NCBI GenBank assembly: GCA_018817025.1
Contig: JAHIUU010000007.1
Span: 75,863 to 139,862, forward strand
Direction: 5' to 3'
Length of the DNA stretch: 64,000 nt
Origin: Candidatus Babelota bacterium
Lineage (GTDB): Bacteria; Babelota; Babeliae; Babelales; JAHIUU01
The notes below the pieces were generated by a model. The model was not told the origin of the DNA and did not search any database. It saw only the letters and a list, made by a program, of their open reading frames with translations. Positions 46,867 to 55,311 of this stretch are shown here, one piece after another. The position numbers were made by a program, and so were the translations under genes. Within the stretch, counting starts at the first letter, position 1. Each line of letters starts with the position of its first letter.

Positions 46867-48111
46867 ATGCATTCAAAAAAATCTGTTGTTATTACGGGGA
46901 TAGGTCTTGTTACGCCCGTAGGGAAAACGGCTCGGCAAAGTTGGGATTCAGTTGTTGCAGGCCGCTCTGGTATCGCCGCGTTTTATTCAGACATCGACTT
47001 TGGGCATGCGGCATCAGTCGCAGGTCAGGTTGGTGATATTAAAGAGCAACTTGACGCTATCTTATCTCCATCAGAACAACGTAGAACTGATCGATTTATT
47101 CACTTATCACTCATTGCTGCTCGAGAGGCTATGCACGATTCTGGCTTGACGCAAGTTGAGCCCATTTGTCGTGAGCGGTTTGGTTCATATGTTGGCGTTG
47201 GGATTGGCGGGCTTGGCGTGATAACCGATGCGGCAAAAGCTCTTGATCAAAGTGGGTATCGATCGATATCGCCATTTACCTTGCCTCGTGCGATTTCGAA
47301 TGAGGCGCCCGCTTGGTTGAGCATAAAATTTGGGCTTAAGGGGCCGACGATGGCGGTCGTTAACGCCTGTTCTTCTGGTAATGATGCGATAGGACAGGCG
47401 TTTCGTGCGATTCAGGATGGGCATGCAGATTACATGCTTGCAGGGGGCACGGAAAGTTGTTTGACGCCGCTCGCGTTTGTTGGTTTTGGAAATATGCGGG
47501 CGCTGTCGACATGGAAAGGTGATCCAACTCGAGCAAGTCGTCCATTTGACAAAGATCGTTCAGGATTTGTTATGGCTGAGGGTGCTGGCTTTCTTGTTTT
47601 AGAGCGCGCCGATCTTGCTCGTAAGCGTGGTGCGACCATATATGCTGAATTGGCCGGTTATGGAGCTCACTCAGATGCTTATCACATTACGGCGATCCAC
47701 CCTGAGGGGTATGGGGCGGTGCATGCTATTGAGCATGCACTTGAGCAGGGTGGTGTGAATAAGCAGGATGTTGGGTATGTGAATGCACATGGAACGGCAA
47801 CGCCGATGAATGATCCCGCTGAAACAAAAATTCTTAGGAAGGTATTTGGCGATTGTGAAAATTTGTTGGTGAGTAGTACGAAGTCAATGACAGGACATAT
47901 GCTTGGTGCTGCCGGCGGGGTTGAAGTTGCTTTTTCGGCCTTGGCGTTAAAGCATGGCGTGCTTCCTCCGACGATTAATCTTGAGAACCAAGACGACCTA
48001 TGTGATTTAAACTATGTTCCTGGGCAAGCACGTGAAAAAAAAGTAACGTGTGCTCTTTCAAATTCATTCGGATTTGGTGGCGCTAACTCTGTTATTTTAC
48101 TTAAAAGGTAG
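46867..48111 (+). CDS. fabF: Beta-ketoacyl-ACP synthase II
   Basis: ACSSG, NAHGT, KSMTGHMLG, NSFGFGG. Confidence 0.96.
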   Translation: MHSKKSVVITGIGLVTPVGKTARQSWDSVVAGRSGIAAFYSDIDFGHAASVAGQVGDIKEQLDAILSPSEQRRTDRFIHLSLIAAREAMHDSGLTQVEPICRERFGSYVGVGIGGLGVITDAAKALDQSGYRSISPFTLPRAISNEAPAWLSIKFGLKGPTMAVVNACSSGNDAIGQAFRAIQDGHADYMLAGGTESCLTPLAFVGFGNMRALSTWKGDPTRASRPFDKDRSGFVMAEGAGFLVLERADLARKRGATIYAELAGYGAHSDAYHITAIHPEGYGAVHAIEHALEQGGVNKQDVGYVNAHGTATPMNDPAETKILRKVFGDCENLLVSSTKSMTGHMLGAAGGVEVAFSALALKHGVLPPTINLENQDDLCDLNYVPGQAREKKVTCALSNSFGFGGANSVILLKR

Positions 48112-49570
48112 CTCCAGCTTTAAGCCAGAGCGTGTAGCCGACTGGGTTTGCATTGTCATGTGTCCAGTCGACGGAGAAGCCACATCCCAACATGAATGGA
48201 TTTTCCCACTCTGAGTGTGTGTAGCTGATCGCACCATGAAAAGCGTGCTTCAAGAAAGCGGGCGTTTCCGGGACTGACGTATCAAGCTCGAACTCTTTGA
48301 TCGATTGTCCAGCACTGTGGGCTGTGTTGGAGACATCAAATGCTGCAGTGGTTTGGTAGCTTGGATTTGCTGGAGCATATCGGCTGCTGTTCCAGCAAGA
48401 TTTCAGCGCAACCCTTTCTCCCTCCTGTGCATAAAACGAGTATCCAAAGTCGATTGTGGTATTGTTTCGATGGTAGGCAAACGAGGCATGGCCTTGTGAT
48501 TTACCGCCAGGGGTTACCGAAACTTCTTGAGTAAGGATGTTGGCGAGGGGGAAGGTGCCCATTTTTCCAATTTCTCCGCCAAGAATATAATAAAACCATG
48601 GAATGTTGATAGGTGTGTTTTCATGTCCTTCAAAAAGTCCGGTTCCATTTCGAAATCCCAGCGTTCTTTTTTCGTCACTTTTAAATAGGTAGGTGTACTC
48701 GAGAAAGATTAGACACTCAAGGCTGCTTGTTTCATTTTTTACAATGTTCATCGATGCGTTGAGATTGGTGCCGATTCCCCAGTGCTTGCCGTTGCCAACG
48801 ACCGACTCGAATAAATATTCACCCTGAGGACGGCCTCCTGTTGGAATAATTAATTTTACGCTGCCGCTAATCTCATGTTCTTTTTTCTCGGCGAGTTTGT
48901 ATCCAAGTAACAGTTCGATATCTGCGATGCCGCTTTTTCCCTGAGAGCCGCATATTTTTGCATGGGTCAGCGCGTCTTGTAAATTGTTTGGGTCGACATT
49001 AGAGTAGGCGCCGCTGAAGAAGTCGAGAATACCCTTGCCGAGATGTTTGGTTTGAGTTGCGGTTGCATGTAGATCGTTTTCAACATGTTCAAACGGGATA
49101 TTGACTCGAAGAAAGAGTCCTTTGTGAATATTGCTAAGTTCTTGGTTATAAGAGAGATAAATCCCATAAGTCGTATGGCTTGGTTTAATACAGAGTGTTC
49201 CATCGAGCGACGGAAAGTCATCATATCGGTGCATGATATTGTCGCTTTGCAAATCGGTTGTTTCTGAGGGGAGACTAACTTTGAGTTTACTTTTAAAGTT
49301 TGTTCCAAAATACTTCCCAAGCTTGCCTTCGTTATTTGAGTTGTGATAGAAAGGAGTTGCAAGCAGTGTGTTTTCCCATGGCTTTTCGCTTTTGCTTCCC
49401 TGTTTTAATATTCGGTGCCACGATGTGTACTTCATGGGAAGATAGTAGTGAGGGGTTGGGATGGCCATGTAAGTTTTGTTGGTATAAATGATTGGAAAAA
49501 GTTTTGTATGATTTGTACTGGTGATCAGTATGGCGAAAAGAACAGCTATTCTTATGAAACTTTTTTTCAT
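48101..49570 (-). CDS. Putative outer-membrane beta-barrel protein, paralog 1
   Basis: Signal peptide, GIADIELLLGY...IIPTG, amphipathic strands, C-terminal WLKAGATF. Confidence 0.75.
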   Translation of the reverse strand: MKKSFIRIAVLFAILITSTNHTKLFPIIYTNKTYMAIPTPHYYLPMKYTSWHRILKQGSKSEKPWENTLLATPFYHNSNNEGKLGKYFGTNFKSKLKVSLPSETTDLQSDNIMHRYDDFPSLDGTLCIKPSHTTYGIYLSYNQELSNIHKGLFLRVNIPFEHVENDLHATATQTKHLGKGILDFFSGAYSNVDPNNLQDALTHAKICGSQGKSGIADIELLLGYKLAEKKEHEISGSVKLIIPTGGRPQGEYLFESVVGNGKHWGIGTNLNASMNIVKNETSSLECLIFLEYTYLFKSDEKRTLGFRNGTGLFEGHENTPINIPWFYYILGGEIGKMGTFPLANILTQEVSVTPGGKSQGHASFAYHRNNTTIDFGYSFYAQEGERVALKSCWNSSRYAPANPSYQTTAAFDVSNTAHSAGQSIKEFELDTSVPETPAFLKHAFHGAISYTHSEWENPFMLGCGFSVDWTHDNANPVGYTLWLKAGATF

Positions 49571-49634
49571 CTTACACTCCTTTTGTTTGGTAAGCTTGCA
49601 CTAAGAATAACATATTTGTTTTGTCGGAAGCTAT

Positions 49635-49672
49635 AAAAAAGAGGCGGCGCATTACGCGCCGCCTCTTTTTTT
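49635..49672. terminator. Intrinsic terminator
   Basis: aaaaaagaggcggcgc-attac-gcgccgcctcttttttt. Confidence 0.88.
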
Positions 49673-49693
49673 GGCTGTAAATTTAAGTGTCGA

Positions 49694-51370
49694 TTAGAAT
49701 GTTAAGCCAACTTTAGCCCATAGAGACCAGGCTTCAAGGCAATCATTGTCGGTAGCGAATTCATATGAACCGCCTAAGCCGAGTATGAGAGGATAATCCC
49801 AATCCTTGAATGCATAGCCGAAGCCACCATAGATCTTGTGGGTGACAACTGATGGGTTTGTGCATGGATCTGTGCAAAGATCTGTTCTGTTGATCCAGTC
49901 TGCTGTTGCAAGGTAGGCGTTTGCTGCTGCAAAGGCTCCACTGGTATCCCAGGTGTTCTTTGCAACGGCATAGGTGTTGTCTTCCCATGTTATGACAGGG
50001 CAACAAGCGTCGCTACATCCTGTATCACAGGCTGTAGAGCAAGCATCTTCGCAAGAATTGCACTTGAGGTCGACGTCTTCCTTTTCTTTGGCGAACAGAT
50101 TGTATCCTAGGTCAAACGTCCAGTTGTCATAGTTGAATGCAAACTGCACGATGCCATCGAAGTGACTGCCTGGTGTTACTTTGACGTTTTGTGTTAGGAA
50201 GTTAGCCATAGGTGTTGTGGTTGTGCTGCCTAGTTTGGCGCCCAACCAGTAGTGACCGTACATGGCAGGTCTTCCGGCCCAGTTTACGTTGTATCCACCA
50301 TTGACGAGTCCTGCAGGCCAGTTGAAGCCAACCGTGCGTAGCTCTGTGCTGCTGAAGAGATATCGATAGTTGAATGCCATCAAGATGTCTAATGATTTAT
50401 CTTTATCTTTCCAGATTTGGAATGCAGCATCTAAGCCGGCACCAAGCGCCCAGTGTCCACCGTTACCAACAACTGCTTCCCAGACGTGCTCGCTGTTAGG
50501 CGTGTTGCCTGTTGGAATTGTTAGTCCGATGTTGACGCCGACGTGCTTGGTTGGCTTGTAGCAGAAGTTATAGCCAAGCATAAGGTCGATATCAGCAATG
50601 CCTGTTTCGCTGTTGCCGTTGTGGATCTTCATTCTGCAAAGAGCAGCTTGTTTTGCTGTGGCGTCGTCGTTGGTGACACAGCCTGAAAGATAGTCAGCCA
50701 AGCTCTTTTCTGCGCCTGTCAATGCACCACTGACTTCAAGAGCTTGCTTGTTGCAGTATGCTCTTGATGTTGTATCACAGCCTGTGCTGCAGCTGGTTTC
50801 GCATGTTGTAGCACAACTTGTGTTGCAGCATGATGAGGTATAGCCCATGCTTGTTTTGGCGTGTACAATTGGAGCGCTTACTTTGAAGAACAAGCCTTTT
50901 AAGACTTTGTCCAGTTTTTGATGATAGTCAAGGCGCACGCCGTATGACTCTCTGGATGGTCTCCAGGTAAGCTTGTCTGATAAGGTTAGTCCAGAAGCTA
51001 TCGTTGCGAAGTTTGGTGTGTGAAGTACAAATGGTGCGGCGATATGCTTTGGATGTGGAATTGGATCCCATTGGGGGACAACCGAAATGAAATCATCGGT
51101 GCTGCTGCCATTGTCATAGTTGCAAACACCGAAGTATTGTCCGAGTTCTTTCTTGTTGTTTGAATCTTCGTAGAAGGCTGTTGCCTGTACGGTTCCGCCA
51201 AACTTATCATCATCAATCAGAGCCATTTGCTTGTGCCATGTTGTATATTCCATCGCAAGATTCATGTTGTGACTACGAGGCATCAAGAACGTCTTGTTTG
51301 TATAGGTTTTTGCAGACACTGAGCCGATCAAGATCAGCGCTGCGAGAAGTCCATGAACGAATCGTCTCAT
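49694..51370 (-). CDS. Putative outer-membrane beta-barrel protein, paralog 2, with two Cys-rich loops
   Basis: AGGAGG RBS, signal peptide, GIADIDLMLGY...TIPTG, C-terminal WAKVGLTF. Confidence 0.78.
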   Translation of the reverse strand: MRRFVHGLLAALILIGSVSAKTYTNKTFLMPRSHNMNLAMEYTTWHKQMALIDDDKFGGTVQATAFYEDSNNKKELGQYFGVCNYDNGSSTDDFISVVPQWDPIPHPKHIAAPFVLHTPNFATIASGLTLSDKLTWRPSRESYGVRLDYHQKLDKVLKGLFFKVSAPIVHAKTSMGYTSSCCNTSCATTCETSCSTGCDTTSRAYCNKQALEVSGALTGAEKSLADYLSGCVTNDDATAKQAALCRMKIHNGNSETGIADIDLMLGYNFCYKPTKHVGVNIGLTIPTGNTPNSEHVWEAVVGNGGHWALGAGLDAAFQIWKDKDKSLDILMAFNYRYLFSSTELRTVGFNWPAGLVNGGYNVNWAGRPAMYGHYWLGAKLGSTTTTPMANFLTQNVKVTPGSHFDGIVQFAFNYDNWTFDLGYNLFAKEKEDVDLKCNSCEDACSTACDTGCSDACCPVITWEDNTYAVAKNTWDTSGAFAAANAYLATADWINRTDLCTDPCTNPSVVTHKIYGGFGYAFKDWDYPLILGLGGSYEFATDNDCLEAWSLWAKVGLTF

Positions 51371-51675
51371 GAATAACACTCCTCCTTTTTAAAAAAACTG
51401 AGAACAAAAAATTTTGTTCTCCTACCAACTACTACAACCTTTTTGTGCGAGCTCAGCTGATTTGTGCACAGAAAAGCGGATTTGCATTCTGGGCACGGGA
51501 ATCATGGTGCGAAGCATTGATGTAAAGGGTGCAACCAAACAATGGTTGCGGTGGCTACTTACTTTTTTACGAACCAATGATGCTATTGCTCATGTATGCA
51601 TCTATGATAAATGACTGGTTCATTGATAGCAAGATTTTTTTAAAAAAAGTTTGGGGGGAGGTGTAGGGAGCGTTT

Positions 51676-51723
51676 AAAAAAAGAGAAAAGGCGCTGTGAA
51701 GTCAGCGCCTTTTCTCTTTTTTT
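51676..51723. terminator. Intrinsic terminator
   Basis: aagagaaaaggcgctg-tgaagt-cagcgccttttctctt flanked by A and T runs. Confidence 0.88.
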
Positions 51724-51738
51724 ACATAAGAAGTTTGT

Positions 51739-52380
51739 CTATCTGATGTAAGAGATACCGTATTTCACATAAAGCCCTATTAACCGCTTTGTTCTACTTG
51801 ATGATAACCCTGACTTGTGAAGGGGTTTGCCTTTTTGTCCATCAGGAGTTCTTTCGTTGTTTGCAACACGAGTTAAAACCATTTTCATTGCGCGGTCAGC
51901 GTCCTCAGAGCCTTTTGGTTTGACTGATTCTGCTTTATCAATAAATTCGTACGTTGTGTTTTTGGTTGATTCAATCCAGGAGTCTTGGATGCCCTTATAT
52001 AGGAGGCAAAAATAAACCTCAGCCATTATTTTGACGAAGTTCTTATCAGTAATATTCTTGCGACTGTTGATGTAAGAATTGGTATAATTGTTTTTAAATG
52101 CATCGTCTTTTATGTTTTTTCTTGTTTGGAACAAGCCTCGTGATTCAGTCAGATTGGCCATAAAAGGTTCTTTTCTTACAAACTCTACTTTCGACGTATC
52201 GCCTTTTGTGTTAGATATGCTAATTATTTTGGCTTCTTTTTCAGCTGTCTTTGTTCTAGTCTGTTCTCGTGTTATTTTTCCGGTAAAGCCTGGTCCGTAT
52301 ATCTCCTGCATGGTTCTTGCCTGTGCTAGCCAAGGGGTCATGGCAATAGCGAATAACAGCGCTAATTTTGCGTATCTCAT
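51739..52380 (-). CDS. Exported basic hypothetical protein
   Basis: GAGGAG RBS, signal peptide ending AQA, own terminator. Confidence 0.78.
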   Translation of the reverse strand: MRYAKLALLFAIAMTPWLAQARTMQEIYGPGFTGKITREQTRTKTAEKEAKIISISNTKGDTSKVEFVRKEPFMANLTESRGLFQTRKNIKDDAFKNNYTNSYINSRKNITDKNFVKIMAEVYFCLLYKGIQDSWIESTKNTTYEFIDKAESVKPKGSEDADRAMKMVLTRVANNERTPDGQKGKPLHKSGLSSSRTKRLIGLYVKYGISYIR

Positions 52381-52804
52381 GAGTTACTCCTCTTTTTCAG
52401 ATGAACCACCTGTCGCGCGGCCCGCCCGCACCTCGTTGGCCCGTCTTATTTTTTCTGCGTTGTTTCTATTTGTCAATTTTAATTATAGGGCTATGCTTGT
52501 CTAGAAATCAACGATTTGTAAAAAATAATTTCAATAAGAGGCTTTTTGTCTCTAGGTATAGGGATCTCATCAGAGTGACGAGGCGTCGCAGGGTTCGACG
52601 GTTGTTTTTTGGTAGTTTCGATTAAGTTTTTGTGTTGGTTTTATTGCCGGCTAAAGAGTTGCTTGTAGCTCGGGCTGATGGATTTACTATAGGTGATGCT
52701 AAGCCTTAGGGGTGAACGGGGTTGCGAACGTACCGTACATGGTACAGTTGGATGGTCCCAGGATCGGGTCTTTTCTTTTATTGGAAAGGGGTATAAAGAG
52801 AGAA

Positions 52805-52831
52805 AAGGGTGGATCGAAATGATCCACCCTT
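52805..52831 (-). terminator. Intrinsic terminator
   Basis: aagggtggatc-gaaat-gatccaccctt, with a pyrimidine run on the minus strand. Confidence 0.8.
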
Positions 52832-52863
52832 AAATATGTTGTTTTAGTTTTTTCTTGATGCAA

Positions 52864-53250
52864 TTAGATAACGTCCTCGTCATTAAACTCGACTTGTGTA
52901 CAAGCAGTATTTAAAGGAGCTGTTTTCATGCTCTTATTCTTAGGATCTACGTTTTTCTTAAGAGCTACGTTTTTTTTGTTAGGAGCAAGTGTTTTGACAA
53001 ATTCTTGCAGTTTTATGATTTTATTTTCAAGCGTTGTTATTTCTTTTGTGTTGACTGCAGTTTCACCTTTACCAGTTTTGGCTTGGTTTTGCATTTGGGT
53101 CAGCTTTTTTGAGAGCTGATCTATTTTTGCTTGGGTGCTTTTTTCTATTTCTTGAACGCCTCTTCCTTGAACTGAAGTAGGTACGATTGCGACCGCAAAA
53201 ACTGCTGCAATTACAGCTGAAACAAAGACATTTCTCTTCGTATTTTCCAT
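52864..53250 (-). CDS. Exported coiled-coil hypothetical protein
   Basis: AGAGG RBS, signal peptide ending VQG, own terminator. Confidence 0.75.
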   Translation of the reverse strand: MENTKRNVFVSAVIAAVFAVAIVPTSVQGRGVQEIEKSTQAKIDQLSKKLTQMQNQAKTGKGETAVNTKEITTLENKIIKLQEFVKTLAPNKKNVALKKNVDPKNKSMKTAPLNTACTQVEFNDEDVI

Positions 53251-53489
53251 GATAACCTCTCTATTTTAGGTTTTGTTAAACAGCGACGCCAACCGATGAC
53301 GTCAAACATACAACTAAACTATTCTTACTAATTCCTCAATGTATAGTTGTCAATTCTTACAAACCAGTTTATATGTAATTTTCGCCTAGTCAATAGTTGT
53401 TTCTTGTGAAATCTTACCGCGAGACAGTTTTTTGCCAAAAGTGAGCTTTTTTGTTAATAAAGACTGGTTTTTGTTGGGCGGGGTAAAAA

Positions 53490-53524
53490 ATAATAGCCTG
53501 GTTCAGATCGAACCAGGCTATTAT
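53490..53524 (-). terminator. Intrinsic terminator
   Basis: ataatagcctggttc-agatc-gaaccaggctattat with a T-run on the minus strand. Confidence 0.85.
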
Positions 53525-53546
53525 AGAAGCTGTTTGGGTGTTTGGG

Positions 53547-55163
53547 CTAGAAAGTGAAGCCAGCTTTTGCCCAGAATGAGTACCCTTCGAGGGAGTCTCG
53601 ATTACTTGATGGTATATGATAAGCGACGCCGGCGCCGGTCATGATAGGGTAGCCCCAGAATTTTTTGATGTAGCCGATACCTGTAAATACCGTGTGAATC
53701 AGCTGGGATGGTGTCTCGGCAGCTCGATAGTTGAATTGGTATGCGCTTATGAAACCGTCAGTACTGTCTGCAAGTGTGTCGGTGCCGTCCGCAGCAAAGA
53801 TCGCAGCTGAGCTGTACTGCCAGTCCGCAATACCGTAGGTGTCATTTTTCCAGTCGCCAGGAATACATGTTTCCTTTGTGCCACATTCTGTATCGCATGG
53901 ATCGGCACTGGTTTCGCATGACCTTGTGCAGGTTCCGCCACTCTTGCAGCGAACTCTTTCGGCCTCTTTCCAGAACATGTTGTAGCCAAGGTCGAGGGTG
54001 AACCCAGCGTTGTTATAGGCAAGGGCGATTGTGCCGTCAAGTTGGCTGCCCGGTTTTACGGTGACATCAAATGTCGAGATGTTTGCCAACGGTCGAAGTC
54101 CGGCTTTGCTAGCTGTACCAACGAGGTAGTATTGGCTCAAGAGAGGATCTTTAACGAGATTGATTTTTGATCCGTCATGGTACTTGAGCTCTGAAAGACC
54201 GATTGTTCTCTTTTCTGTTCCGTCAAAGAGATATCGATACTGAATGGCTGCAAGGATCTGGAGATTCTGGTCTTTTTCTTCCCATAGCAAGCCGCTTCCA
54301 TCGACTCCTACGCCAACACCCCATTTGGCCTCACCGGTTCGTGCGCCCCAGAGGTATCTTGCGTTGGCTTTGTCTCCTGTCGGAAATATCAGCTCGGCGT
54401 TGATGCCGGCATGATACTTGCGGCCTTCCATGAATCTCCAGCCAACTTGTGCGGTGATGTCGCCAAGTCCAGTCTTGCTATCAGGGCACATTTTTGCGTA
54501 TTTGAGCGCGGCTTGGGCGTTTACGGCTACTTCATCTACAGAGCTTCTGACAACCGCTTTTCCAACAAGCAGATCAATCAATTTGACCCCCTCGTCTGAG
54601 TCTACCCCAGGAACCGAGTTGAGAATCTTTAGATTAAGAGAGTTTTTGACATGAATGAATGGGATAACGAGCGCTGCGAAAAGCCCATCGAGCCATTTGT
54701 CGAATCGTTGGAGGTAGTCGAGGCGAACGCCGTACATCGTTTGTTTTGGATCGAAACAGAGTGTTCCGGCTAGGGTGCTTGCGGAGTAGGCAGAAACGTA
54801 ATAGTTATGTAGCAAGAGATCGTTGAGAACCTGTTTTTTGGTGCGGAGTGTTCCCAGATTTTGCGAGTTTGAGCTGTCGCCAACAACTTGGATTGTTCTA
54901 GTGCCATCGGCGCCAAAACTTCTGCCGAGGTGTGAGCCGTTGACCGAGCGGCCGTAAAATCCTGTCGCTTCGATGCTGCCACGAAATCCTTTCTCGATTT
55001 TGTCAGATTTCATTTTGTGAAACGTTGTGTATGCGGCAACGCCTTCACGGCAGATTCGTGCTGGATTGAGATGTGTTTTGTTGTTAGCCTCGCTCGCGAA
55101 TGTGCTTCCGACGACTGCACAAGCGACAAGTAATGATATAGATACTTTTCTTCCATGCCTCAT
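53547..55163 (-). CDS. Putative outer-membrane beta-barrel protein, paralog 3
   Basis: Signal peptide, GLGDITAQVGW...IFPTG, Cys-rich loop, C-terminal WAKAGFTF. Confidence 0.78.
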   Translation of the reverse strand: MRHGRKVSISLLVACAVVGSTFASEANNKTHLNPARICREGVAAYTTFHKMKSDKIEKGFRGSIEATGFYGRSVNGSHLGRSFGADGTRTIQVVGDSSNSQNLGTLRTKKQVLNDLLLHNYYVSAYSASTLAGTLCFDPKQTMYGVRLDYLQRFDKWLDGLFAALVIPFIHVKNSLNLKILNSVPGVDSDEGVKLIDLLVGKAVVRSSVDEVAVNAQAALKYAKMCPDSKTGLGDITAQVGWRFMEGRKYHAGINAELIFPTGDKANARYLWGARTGEAKWGVGVGVDGSGLLWEEKDQNLQILAAIQYRYLFDGTEKRTIGLSELKYHDGSKINLVKDPLLSQYYLVGTASKAGLRPLANISTFDVTVKPGSQLDGTIALAYNNAGFTLDLGYNMFWKEAERVRCKSGGTCTRSCETSADPCDTECGTKETCIPGDWKNDTYGIADWQYSSAAIFAADGTDTLADSTDGFISAYQFNYRAAETPSQLIHTVFTGIGYIKKFWGYPIMTGAGVAYHIPSSNRDSLEGYSFWAKAGFTF

Positions 55164-55259
55164 GCCGAGCTCCCTCATAAAAAGTGAAAAAAGACTTACT
55201 ACTAACTTTATCATGCTAACGTGGCGTGTTAGATATTACAAGTTTTTTTTGTTCAAGAA

Positions 55260-55291
55260 AAAGGGCCCGGTTCATTCGAACCAGGCCCTTT
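55260..55291 (-). terminator. Intrinsic terminator
   Basis: aaagggcccggttc-attc-gaaccaggcccttt; related in sequence to the terminator at 53490. Confidence 0.8.
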
Positions 55292-55311
55292 GATTTTCTT
55301 TGGTTTCGTTA

